Assembly: GCA_009602725.1 (NCBI GenBank)
Contig: WELB01000001.1
Location: forward strand, 823,834 to 870,523
Length of the DNA stretch: 46,690 nt
Source of the DNA: Spirogloea muscicola
Taxonomy: Eukaryota
Direction of reading: 5' to 3'
Shown: positions 35,501 to 46,690 of the stretch, piece after piece
Layout: the number at the start of each line of letters is the position of its first letter
How positions within the stretch are numbered: position 1 is the stretch's first letter
Position numbers and translations under genes: made by a program
The notes under the pieces: generated by a model
The model's input: the letters and a program-made list of their open reading frames with translations, nothing else
Database searches by the model: none
What the model was told of the DNA's origin: nothing

Positions 35501-37285
35501 TTGATGCGAGGCAAGCTCCAGGCGTGCTCGTGCAGCTGAATTTAGGCTTGCTGGACGTGAAATGTAAGTCTTAAAAGGGCCGCAGGTCAGGCAGCTTGCT
35601 TGGCATGTAGGACGCAAAGGCATGAGAGCTCACTGACTCAATCAGAAACATGAGTCTGCTTCTGAAGCAGGTCAGACAGGAGAAGAGGGCAAGTTCCCGC
35701 ACCTCCAAGTATTTGCCGAGTAGAATGAACGTGATGAGCATTGCACTAGTCTCAAAGAAGTCGGCTGATGGTAGGTTGCGGCGCCAGGCAACTGAGAGCA
35801 CTGAGAATACGGAGTAGAAGTAGGCGGCGGATGTGCCGAGCGCCACGAGCACGTCCATGTTGGCGGCGCCGTGGCGCAGCGACCGGTAGGCGCCAACGTA
35901 GAAGCGGGCGCCGATGCCGAATTGCACGGGCGTGACCAGTGCAAGCTTGAGCCACGAGCCAAGCGCCAGCGGCCCTAGGCGCACCATGAGCAACTCGTGC
36001 AGCACGGGAATGTGTGGGCACACCATTGCCACTAGAAACGCCGGGATCTGCAGCCGCCCTCCACACAAATTGTGCAAGATAAGCAGGGGGCAGGAGTGCA
36101 AGCCTATGAAACACCACCATGTAGGAGTTGCTTGATAATCAAGATGCTAGAGGAGCATACTGTGACAATGCCTGTATAGCATAAGCGCTCACCGTAAAGG
36201 CGGCACTGAGGAAGAAGAGGCGGCGGTACTTGTCAGCCTCCTGGCTGCGGTCGTGCGCTTGCAAGGCGTGGAAACTGGGCATATGCGCGCGGAGCTTGCC
36301 ATCGGGCCCATCAACGCCAGCAACGGCCTCCACAAGCGCCCGTAGCCCACACACCTCGGGGTCGTACAGCACGTCCGCGCACTCCATGCGGTGGCATGCG
36401 GAGACCTGCCGAACGCCCTTGACTTCTCGCAGCGCAGCCTCCACGCGGAGCGCTGCGTCCTCGCGCCACATGCCAGCGATGTTGAGGACCACCCGGTCCA
36501 CCTCGCCGGTTGCGAGGAGCTCGCCATCAAAGCCAGCGTCCTCTATCGCTCCAACGATAGCTTTGGGGTCCACCAGCTGCAAGGCAAGACCGCACGCACG
36601 CCAAGGTGGCAGGGAAGCCGAGTCAGTGGCCAACAGCGAATATGCATCCGCTCTCGACTGCAGTGCTGCGACTTGGTGTCGAGGTGCGCTGCAGAAGGAG
36701 GCAGAGTGGGGACACAGCCCTGACCTCGGGATCGTACTCCACCTCCGCCTGCTCCGTGGCGAGCGCCACCGACGCTCGCAGCACGCCCCGCACGGCGAGC
36801 AGCGCGGCCTCCACCGAGCCGACGCAGGCGCTGCAGGTCATCCCCGACACACGGAAGCGGCCGACGACGCTGGCCAGGTGCGCGCCGCCGCCGCCGCCGC
36901 CCGCCGGCGGCAGCGGCACCTGCAGCAGCGCCTCCGCCTCGAAGCCCGCGTCCTCGACGGCCTCCACCAGGTCCTCAACCTGAGGCGGGGCAGGCAGCGA
37001 CGGCCGGTCAGGCCAGCCGGCACGACCAGGATGAGGTCCTCCATGCAGCAACGCAGGATGCTCCTCAGCCAGTGGAGCGCCACTGGCGGCGGCGGCAACG
37101 GTCGCTCACCTTGATTTTCGCGGGATCGTAGACGACCTCGGCTCGGTTCTGCAGGAGTGCGACGGAGGCGGAGGCGACGCCCGGGAGCGCGGCGAGCGCA
37201 CGCTCCACCGAGGACGAGCACGCGGCGCAGGTCATGCCGCCGACGCGCAGCCCCGCGCCCGCCTTCGCCGCGGGCGCGGCCGCCG
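32570..37285 (-). CDS. RAN1: Cu(I)-transporting P1B-type ATPase, RAN1/HMA7-like; start in or before the N gap
   Basis: Two GMTCxxC domains (GMTCAAC, GMTCSAC) plus a degenerate third; TGES, CPC, DKTGT, SEHP, GDGIND, YN and MAFSS motifs. RAN1-type rather than HMA5-type segments: [56 protein letters not shown]. Confidence 0.9.
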
Positions 37286-37747
37286 NNNNNNNNNNNNNNN
37301 NNNNNNNNNNNNNNNNNNNNNNNNNNNNNNNNNNNNNNNNNNNNNNNNNNNNNNNNNNNNNNNNNNNNNNNNNNNNNNNNNNNNNNNNNNNNNNNNNNNN
37401 NNNNNNNNNNNNNNNNNNNNCGGCGGCGGCGGCGGCGGGGGCGGCGGCGGGGGGGAGGGGGACTGGAACTTGACGGGGGGTTGCCGTCAGCCAAACGGCG
37501 CCTGGAGACGTCGGCGGGCAGGGCGCTCGTGGGCTTTCGTGGGCCCTTCTCGTACCGTGACCCGACGGCCAGCATCCTCTCTTCGCACCGCTCGGGTTCC
37601 CTCATTCCACCGGGTTGCCCACATCGAATACCGTGATTCGCCGGGGCCGGGGGCGCGGACAGCCGTCGTAATGCCGGAATTGGCTTGCGAGCGGCGGCGG
37701 CTTGAAGGGATATGACCTCGTTCCGCGCCTCCCATCGGTCAACCGCG

Positions 37748-37820
37748 GCTCCTGTGGCCTAATGGATAAGGCATCTGACTTCTAATCAGGGGATTGAGGG
37801 TTCGAGTCCCTCCAGGAGTG
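37748..37820 (+). tRNA. tRNA-Arg(UCU), intronless
   Basis: GCTCCTG/CAGGAGT acceptor stem, D arm TGGCCTAATGGATAAGGC, anticodon arm TCTGA-CTTCTAA-TCAGG, T arm GAGGG-TTCGAGT-CCCTC; 73 nt. Confidence 0.95.
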
Positions 37821-37929
37821 CGTGGAGGTTGCTTTTGCTCATCTCTTGCTGTTCACGTATAAGCGAGACCTCTCGTGTACAGTCGTTAGAGATGGCCTCT
37901 CACAGCCATTGTCTTCCATTGGAATTGGT

Positions 37930-38350
37930 TGCTTTGTGTTCTGACTGTTCAGTCGGATGATAGACCTCTGCCAGTAATGGCCGAAGGCTGTGATTGGCCA
38001 GCCCAGAAAACGAAGGAAAATATTGAAGGGCCCAGGAAAGAGCATGCTGCGCCTCAAGTGGCATTTGGTACACAACCCCCTGTTGAGCAGCCGCAGAATA
38101 GGATAATTCATTTTGTGTACTGGCTGTTCAGTCGGATGATAGACCTCTGCCAGTAATGGCCGAAGGCTGTGATTGGCCAGCCCAGAAAAAGAAGAAAAAC
38201 ATGAAGGGCCCAGGAAAGCGCATTCTGCGACTCAAGTGGCCATTTGGTACACCACCCCCTGTTGCTGTTTTGCTTACCTTTGTACTTGGCCACACATGGC
38301 CTCCCCATCTCTTAAAACACACGCATTTCCTGTTGAGCAGCCGCAGATCA
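37930..38350. repeat. ~180-bp diverged tandem duplication carrying group-2 ends; the second unit has a 64-bp group-1 insertion
   Basis: CTGTTCAGTCGGATGATAGACCTCTGCCAGTAATGGCCGAAGGCTGTGATTGGCCAGCCCAG at about 37945 and 38124. Insertion 38265-38328 is flanked by CCTGTTG. Confidence 0.85.
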
Positions 38351-38899
38351 GAAAACAGTAGTCTCCGGCTGATCAGTCGGTCTCAAAGCATTTGCACACT
38401 AGTCTGGCTACCACAACCTTCTCTCCTCATGCTATGCACATCCTGGCCGGCACTTAATGCTCGCAAAGTATTATGAGGCTCTTTAGGCAACTGCGACCAA
38501 GTGGCTGACCACCATTTGCGGATTATGTTGTCCATCATTGAAGCCGATGGCACCTCTGCCTGCGAGCTTGATCTGTGCTGGGCACTCTTTTAGCAGCGGC
38601 TTCAGCATGACCGCGCCTCCTCTTATAGCATGTTCAGCATACAGTTGATGCTGACAACGCTCTCTTAGTGCAAGTGCTTGGGGCAAATACTCGACTTTCT
38701 CTGCGTTCGTCCTGTGTCAGTAGCACCTATTGCCCAACTGTAGTCCTTCTCTATTAGCCGCTGGCTGCATGCAGCAACTGTTTCCTTCGAAAGCTGTTCG
38801 TCCTTTTCATTGCTGCATACATGTCAACTCGTTCCCAACAGCTGATACCTAACAGCCATGTTCGTCCGTACACACTTTCTCGTGAGCTGACCTTTCACA

Positions 38900-40075
38900 T
38901 TGTCCAGCCCCTTCGAAAGAAGAGGCTATGAAGGAGAATGACTCCATTAGAGGACGATGGCTGTGTTTGGCCAGCCCAGAACAAACAATGAACAAAGGGC
39001 CAGCATACATAAAGGTAGCCTCCTAAATGGGGCGAGGGCTGTAGAAAGCCCAGCCCCAGAAGAGGGGCTCGCCCATTGAGGATAGGGACTGGAAAAAGCC
39101 AGCCCAAAGAGCCGAGACAAACAACTATGCAAAGAGAGGAAAGACTCTTCAATTAGAGGCCGATTGGCCAACCCAGAAGTAAGAACGAATAAGGTCTGAA
39201 GGGGCCGGGAAGGCGCTAATGCACACAGCGACTCAAGCTGCCACTGGGTGCTCCTCAACATCCCCTGAGCAAAGAAATAGCTCTTCTGACTCAAGGTGCA
39301 AAAAGCATGAAACCACTCTTCATGCCTCAAGAGAGAAGGCGCGCGGTGCGCTTGACATGAAAGCGTGGCCAAATCAAGCCAATACATTGTTCAGATAAAT
39401 ACTGGTGCCAAGAAATGGGGGCCTTGTCGACCCGTCCTACGACCACTTCTGGAGCTACGGTGTGAGTGGGGCAAAAGACAGTGGCAGGAGGGATGGCAGG
39501 AGGTTGGAGTGAGGCCGGGAATGCCGATGAGGGCCTGGACGACCTGGCCTTCAACCACTTCTGGAGCCGCTGGACAGAAGGCGCGCGGTGCGCATGAGAT
39601 TAGAAAGGGAGGCCAATTCAAGCCTTACAAATGTCCTGTTAACGAATTTATGAGCTAGCTAAGGGGGACACTAAACATCCCCGAGTGAGCACATGCACAT
39701 CTGACAAGCTAAGCTGAGGAGCCAAACCACCACCACGGAAGCCATTAGCCTGGGCTAATGCACGCCCAGCACGCTGGTGTATCGCGAGTGCCTGGGAGCG
39801 CTGTAGACTCAATGATAGCCGCATTCTGGCAGGAGGTATGGCAGGGTTGGGAATGCCGATGAGGGAGGGCCTGGACGACCTGTTCTTCAACCAGTTCTGG
39901 AGCCGCTGGAGAAGAGAAAAGCGCGGCCGAATTGACTGGTGGCTGGGAGAAGCCAGCCCAAAAGGAATGTAATGGAGCCGCTGGAGAAGCGCTCCAAGAA
40001 GAAGAAGTGGGTGGCGCTCCCAAATGGGGCCAAGGGCTGTGAAAAGCCAGCCCGAAAAGAGTTGACAAGAAGCAG
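38900..40075 (-). mobile_element. Second cluster of nested truncated retroposon ends
   Basis: Group-1 copies at 39329-39395 and 39576-39827 (RMRLSLSLQRSQALAIHQRAGRALAQANGFRGGGLAPQLSLSDVHVLTRG). Group-2 copies at about 38930-39000, 39020-39110, 39135-39250, 39913-39975, 40010-40070. Confidence 0.75.
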
Positions 40076-40446
40076 GGCAGCAGCAAGAAGCCACAAGGTC
40101 AGCTCAGAACCGAGGCTAGAAGATGGCCACCAGGTCCCAGCTAGACGCCACCATATTAGCCTTCCTCTTGACGGCACCCGGCCCCGAGCAACGCTAGATC
40201 CGCGCCGCGCCACCCGCCGCCGCCGCCGCCGCCGCCGGCGGAGAAGCTTCGCCACGCCGCCGCCGTGCTGAGAACGCGGCGGAGCAGCTAGCCAGGGACC
40301 CCCGCCAGAGGCGTCCAGTCTCACCAGGCCCCGGCGGTAGCTTGCCGCTGCCGCCGCCGCCGCCGCCGCCGCCGTCTGAGGCCGGTCGCGGCGTCACCGA
40401 GCCAGGCTTGCCNGGCCTGGCCGCGCTCGGGCGCGCCACGGCTGCC

Positions 40447-42563
40447 ATGCCCAAGCGCAAGTTCTACGCCGTGCGGGCGGGGCGCCAGCCCGGCATCTAC
40501 GACAGCTGGGAGGCCTGCGAGCGCCAGGTGGGGGCCGCCTCAAGCTGCCTCCGTGCTAAACTTCCTTAATAGAAAGTAATTAACAAAGTAATTAAGAAGG
40601 GATTGCGCTGCACAGGTCCGCGGCTTTTCTGGCACCCAGTTCAAGAGCTTCGCCAGCCGCGCCGACGCCGAGGCCTTTGTCGACGACGGCGGCGGCGACA
40701 GCGGCAGTGCCGTCGCCGCAGCGCAATCTCCGCCGAGCTCACCTGAGCCCCATCAAGAACCGGCCGCGAACGTCTGGCTCCCGGGGGTGTACTTGCGGGC
40801 TGAGCCTGCGGCTGGTGCTGCGCCCTTGAGGGCGGTAGCCAAGGCGTCCAGCGCAGCGCCTGCTGAGGTCAGGGGCTGCAACAGGCCGAGCATGTTACCA
40901 GTTGTACTGCTCGGACTCTTGCCATTGTCGCCATTATGCCTGGCATGGATTCAGCAGCTTCCAGGAGATGCAGGTCTATGGCATAAGCACTGTGGGCTCT
41001 CTGATGTCAGACACTGCCGCATTGCCATGAGACCTGACTGTGGCTCTCATTCATGCTGGAGGCAAACAGGGCTTTTACCAGCTGGAGTTCGATGGCGCTT
41101 CCAAGGGCAATCCAGGCCCGGCAGGCTGTGGTGCTCTCCTCCGCCGGCCTGATGGGACTCTCGTGAGCACCACTTCTTTCCCTCTCGCCGTTTGTAGTAA
41201 GCTCATAAGTGCTGAAGAGTGCTATACCCAGCTTCAATCAAGCATTAGTAAAGCCTATAGTAAGCATGCATCAAAGACAACAAACTCAGCCCTGTTGTCA
41301 TTGCAGGAATGCGAGCTGAGAGAGGGTGTGGGAAAAGCCACCTGCAACTATGCTGAGTACAGGGCGCTTCTCCTGGGCCTACGGTCAGCCAGCGAGAGGG
41401 GCGTGAAGCGGCTGCAGATTCGCGGTGACTCTAAGCTCGTCTGCATGCAGGTCTGCTTTTCACAGCCCATCCACCCCTTTCATTTACTGCGATGCCACTT
41501 GCACGAGGTGGTGAACCATCTTGCTTGATGGAAATTCTCATAGAAGAACTTGTTCGACATCTTTCTCACCGAGGTACCCCTTCTGTGGATATCAAGGGCT
41601 TCAGGGCCTGCACTTATCTGCCATGATTTTCACCACAGTCTCCACTACTCAATACCGTGCAGACCCAGGGAAAATGGCAGGTGAACAAGGCCGACTTGGG
41701 GATTCTTTGCAATGAAGCCAAGGGGCTGATGAAGAACTTCGATGAGTGCTCCATAAGGCACATTGACAGGGTACATGGCCTTCATTTAGCCTGGGCAATC
41801 ATTTCCTTCACTTTTTGAGCTGGCAGTATGTATTGTAGAGGAGCCACTGTTGGCAGCATGCATTGCGCATTGAGCTCGCATTTTCCTTTTCCTCCAAGTT
41901 GCCCCTCTCAATTGTGGAGCATGGGTGCGCAAGAACACCAAGCAAGAGTTGCTTTTGCTCTTAGTCCTGAAAATCTTGCACGCTTTGCTGGGCAGGAGTT
42001 TAACTCGCATGCTGACCGCCTGGCTAATGAAGCCGTCAACCTTGCAGGTAAGCTTGTGGTTCTGATTAGAGCAACTTTCCTGAGTCACAGCGTGGTCAAA
42101 ATACCACGTAAAGTAGCGGTCCTGCAGGCATAAGCACATTGTGCATGCTTCATGGTGCTCAGCAGTTCCACTTGTCCCAGACCTGGCATATGACGTCTTT
42201 CCTGCCTGCATTGCCCATGGCCCACTGGCACTGCCGCTCGCAGAGACGCCATTCGTGGCCACGGCCAAGGGCCCAAGGACGCTGGACGCGGCTTTTGGCG
42301 GCGAGGATGGGCAGCGGAGACAAGTGAAGAAGCCGAGGGTGATGGCCCTTGCATACCGCAGTGACCAGTTCAGGCGGGCAGCGCTGCAGCAGCCTACCAT
42401 TGGCTGCACGCAAAGCGGCAGGGGTCGCCCCTCCAGCAGGCCGTGGCTTCACCAGCCCCTTCCGCAGCTGCCCAGGCAGCAGGCTCGCCAGCTGCAGGCG
42501 AGGCCTGCCTGCCACCCGACGTTCCATCCAAGGCAAACGGTGACGACTCAGCCCAGGGCGTAG
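40447..42563 (+). CDS. RNH1: Ribonuclease H1, plant type (N-terminal hybrid-binding/Cauli_VI domain plus archaeal-like RNase HI domain)
   Basis: MPKRKFYAVRAGRQPGIYDSWEACERQ/VRGFSGTQFKSF; catalytic FDGASKGNPG, NYAEYRAL, IRGDSKLVCMQ, EFNSHADRLAN across seven GT-AG exons. The last exon and a possible upstream extension across the N at 40413 are uncertain. Confidence 0.9.
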
Positions 42564-45129
42564 GGTTGAGGACCTGCTTGACTAAGAGTAGGGCTGTTAT
42601 TTAAGAACTAGTCATTATGGTTGAAGGCATTGGTGTTGCAAGGAGATATTACTCTCATAGCCTGTGGCAAGCATTTGCCTCCACCTTGTGCCTGGCTTGA
42701 TAGCTGTGCACCTTGGGTGGTCATGCTCCAGCAGTTGGAGATGCGGCGATCAGGCGACACTCTTGGGTTTGCCGTGGTCGGCGTGCTTTGCTCGGGAATG
42801 CGCCCTAGCTGTTCAGTGGCTCGTCTCTTCAAGGTACCGTCCTCTGACGGAGCACATGCTGAGCCCAGGATGTCACATCGAATAGCCTCTTGTGCCACTT
42901 TTGAGCACAGCGTGCCTCCATGCCCTTGCATTTTGGGTTGCTTACGGTCTAGCTTGCAAGCTGCCCGGTGATCATAGCTCTACTCAATATGTGCACCTCT
43001 TCTGTAGCTGAGGCCATCTCGTGCTTTTGCTGCAGAGTGCACTCCGAGTCTCTACACTTAGTGCTACACTGGCTGTTGGCCGCACCCGTACTCTCCTCCG
43101 CACACTATTTGGTGGCGGGTTGTGCTGATGGACTGTAGTGACAGGCATTTCAAAAGTCTATGCTGCCAATGTTCACTCCCAGATGCAGTTGCCCATTACA
43201 TCCATACTCAGAGCACAGTAGACGCGGAATGCAACCGTGTGCAGACTTGGGCAGCACCTTGTAAGCCTGAGGCATTTGAACTATTTGTGGTACTCCATTC
43301 GAGCTAGCACAGCTTAGCTAGTCAAATGTTCAGGCCGAACTTTGGCTGGACGTCAGAGCCAAGCATCCATTGAGATCCGAATAAGGACTGAGCATGTGAC
43401 ATGTCATGAGCATAGATTGCTTTTCCGAAGAGAAGATGGTGGATGTATGACTTGTCCCAGCCAAAAACCTTTGGATGCTTAGGAGCTGAGCAGAGGAAAT
43501 GACTAGAGGAACTTTGATTCGCGCTCCGAAGATTGTCAATGCAAGATGAAGTCAATTCCAGATGGAAGTGAATGAGGCATTTCGGTCTTGGACTCTTACA
43601 CGTGAAGAATTATGTGGCGAGAATAGATCAACGGAAAACATTCAATCCATGTATGCCAAACTGGATGGAGTTGTTGAGATTGATGCATGCTAACAGCGAC
43701 AAATCATGGCGTTTGCTGTGATGTAAAAATGTAGCAGAAAATCACAGCAGACTGTTATATATGAACTGCCTGGAATGGAACATGAAGTTTCTCACTTAAG
43801 GTTACCCTTTCTATCAAGTTTGACGATCTTTCCTGCCTTAAGATGTACATTTGAGACTCACAAAGACTACCGGTCACTAGCAGCACATCTGGGTCACAAG
43901 AGTAGATACCAATTGCAAATAGCACGCAGCAATCCTCAGTCACAAGCTACTGAATCCCTAGTCACAGGCAAGTAGATAGTGCATGACAGAACAGATTCTA
44001 ATAAGCAAGTGACACAGGCTGGCAAGCAATCCAATCTGGTTTAGTATATTCAGGTGAAAGCGTCCTCTGCAAAAGATTGGTATCTGTAACCTGGACTAAG
44101 GAGAGATCTCAAAGAGAATGTGTGCGTTATACCAGAACCAAACGATCCTCTAAAATTCGCTATGAATATATATACCTATGCTACCTAGAATTTCACGGGA
44201 CAAGCCAGAATGCTCGAGATAAACAGCCAAGATCCTGAAAAGTATGCAACAACCATGCAATGGCATCAACATGCAACTTTTGCAGATCTACAAGGACGAC
44301 TTTGGGCAGTAAGTGTTGCAAGATAGATCTGATCTAATCTCAAGCTGCAGCCTGCACAAATGAGTCAGAAGAGAGGTCGGCAATTGTTGGGAAGCTCACA
44401 AAATACAGCACAAAAAGTGAGGCTGCTGCTCACCGTGAGTGTCCATGACTTCAGGCGTTGCACACAGGTCCAGCAAAGGCTCTAAGGCTGCTGCGTCTCC
44501 TGCCCCAAGGCCGACGCCCACCAAGGCGCTGCGATGGCGCCCTTCAAGCGCAATATTGGCGCAGTGATCTCTTTGACAAGGTGGTGAGACTTGCAAATCA
44601 GAATGTTTGGGTTGGGCTCCCCTTCACCTTTAAGTGCCGATCAACGCAAAGCGCCTTGTGCCAATCAGGCCAGGATTTGACCGGCAGCTGAGTCGGCTGT
44701 TGGACCTCGACCTCTTACACCCAGTAATCTGTACGACCACAGGTTGTTGGCCCCAGCACCGTTCCACCATCTTTTTGCCATCATCCTGCACCCGCTTATC
44801 CACCTCTACTGGCAGCTGTGGGTCATCCCTTTCTGGCCTTAACCAATTTATTGGGCTCGTCTGTCTAGCTACTGTCTCCTTTTAGGCTGGCCTTTCGCAC
44901 TTGCCCCCTTTTGGAATAGCTGCTTCTGCATCTTCTTCAAGCATCTCCACGGCAATTGTGGGCAATTGCTTCCCTTGTCTTTCCGGTCCTCCTGGGAACC
45001 ACCTGGGCTCCAGCGTTCCCAGGCCATTGCGGGCAGCAGGTCGCGCTTTGGCTGCTGTTGCTTCTGGGTTTCGCTGTTGTGACAATTTCCCGGCTGCAAA
45101 TCACTCTGACATTCCGCTGCTGACTAGGG

Positions 45130-46470
45130 GCTGCAGGGCTGTTGAGCACCGAACGTAGTAGGCCCCTTTAGCAATACTCGCTTGCGCAGCTGTGTGCTTT
45201 AGCGCTTTCTGGCCCTTCCGGACATTTTCCATTCTCTGCTTGCCTTTCACAGCGTCGCCCCATTCTGGAACTCAATGTCCTCATTGTCGGCACTCGTGGG
45301 GTCTTATGGCATAGTCATTGTGTTTGGCTGCCGCCATGACAGATAACGTGCGAGGTGCCATGAGGTTGAAAGGAGGCCAGATCAAGCCACGACACCGCTC
45401 AGGCAAAAGCTGGTACCACGAGTGGAGCTCCACAAAGAGCCACAAAAGCTTAAGCCCCTGTAACGAGGCCCCGTTGGGCGCCTCGCCTCGAACTCAAAAT
45501 TGCATCGTCGTCGGATATCTGGAGGTCCTACGTCCAAAGACGTCCGACGTTCACACCATAGAAGTAGAAGTGAAACAGGGCCTGGGATGCACACGGGTCG
45601 TGCCATGTCAGCTACTAGTTCCAGATCGGACCTAAAGCCAGGCAGCTAAAAAGGGGAGCATCAGTGGGCGGCGGCGTGGACTGGACCTTCTCGGCGGGGG
45701 CCAGCCAAGCCCCGCGGCCGGCGGGGAGGAGCCAGGGCCAGTAGCGGGCGATGGCTGTGATTGGCCAGGCCAGACCGCTGGGGAGGGATATGGACAGGCG
45801 CATGCGAAACACCAACCCTGCGCTAGCGAGCCAGCGGCGTTGAAGTCGGCCTGCTCGCCCCGCCTGCGGGAACAGCATGGGCGCGCCATCCGGGTCAACA
45901 GGTCTAGTCACAGAGACCCGAAAGGAGAAAGCGCGGCCAGATTGACTGGTGGCTGGGAGCCAGCCTAAAGGAATGGACAGCCCAGAATTAGAAAAGCAGA
46001 GAGTTCGAAGGGGAGAGGGGCGGGAGGGAGCCAGCCGCCTCCTGAATGCCGTGCGAGATGCTGGCATCTGCCGCTGTGGCTATCGCCTGGCCGGCGCATC
46101 GCCGTACAGTCGGCAGGCAGGTGGGCGCGGCCGCCCTCCTCCCAGGCGGCGGGTGGCGGCGGGAGGCCGAGGGCCGCTCCTGTCAGCGGGTAGGTGCAGA
46201 CGAGGGTAGGCGCGCGGTGCGCTCTATCCTCAATGGGCGAGCTCTTTCTCTGAACCGAACGGGTTGGCCAAGCCAAGCCAGGAAATACACTGTTCAGGCG
46301 TGAGATAGTGCACAAAGGCTGGCTTTCCACAGCCTGCAACCTTTGGAAGTGCTCTTAATCACGGGGCTACATGAGCAGACGAGGCACACACTAGAAAAGG
46401 GAGACGAGGCAAGGCGCGCGTGGTGCGCATGAATTGAGAGGGAGGCCAATCTGAAGCCAACACTGTGTAC
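45130..46470. mobile_element. Third cluster of diverged retroposon 3' ends
   Basis: Group-2 at about 45170-45272(+), 45737-45775(-), 45925-46000(-), 46222-46250(+). Group-1 at about 45340-45430(-) and 46410-46470(-). Confidence 0.6.
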
Positions 46471-46690
46471 ATGCGCCGTTCTCTGCTGTTCAGGCCAAGG
46501 CAGGTGCGGAAAGTGTGGCTACGCTACATGGACCGAAGCCCAGGGGGCCGAAGCCTGCCTGCCTGGCCCGCCTGGCCCAGCCGCCGATCGGCGTCGCGAC
46601 GCGGGCCATGGCGGATCCGCGGACCCGCCGCCGGCCGCCCCCGCTGACCGCACCGCCCACCATGGCGCGACGCCGCTCCGGCGCGGCGCC

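Noticed and set aside
36300..36500. Third metal-binding domain of the Cu-ATPase lacks CxxC (GMWREDA)
   Set aside because: A degenerate third HMA-like domain is normal for plant RAN1/HMA5 proteins.
38483..38720. Short minus-strand ORF (LPQALALRERCQHQL...)
   Set aside because: No recognisable motif, surrounded by stops and repeats.
40447..42047. RNase H as part of a retroelement or caulimovirus
   Set aside because: It is intron-rich, has no adjacent RT or integrase, and matches host plant RNH1 architecture.

Overview
Eukaryotic, intron-rich, GC-rich nuclear DNA. The gene content (ethylene-receptor homolog, RAN1-type Cu-ATPase, plant-type LRR exons, plant-type tRNA-Arg) points to a streptophyte, most plausibly a streptophyte alga (inference). 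There are three N gaps and three single-N joins (15489, 26455, 40413). Hand-spliced genes: ANT1/AVT3-like amino acid transporter (+), GPN3 (-), DUF3054 protein (+), partial LRR gene (-), Ala/Glu coiled-coil protein (+), DUF218/YOR238W-like protein (-), ETR-like hybrid histidine kinase (-), HAS1/DDX18 helicase (+), RAN1/HMA7-like Cu-ATPase (-), tRNA-Arg(UCU) and RNase H1 (+). Most notable: (1) the ETR-like receptor keeps intact-looking kinase and receiver motifs but has no CxxxH (ETR1 Cys65/His69) copper-binding motif, and it lies about 6 kb from the RAN1-type pump; (2) intergenic DNA is full of nested, 5'-truncated 3' ends of a non-LTR retrotransposon family (probably RLE/CRE-like) with TTCTCT tails and 6-12 bp target-site duplications, including a filled/empty site pair inside the window. 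All exon models were read by eye and need RNA-seq confirmation.
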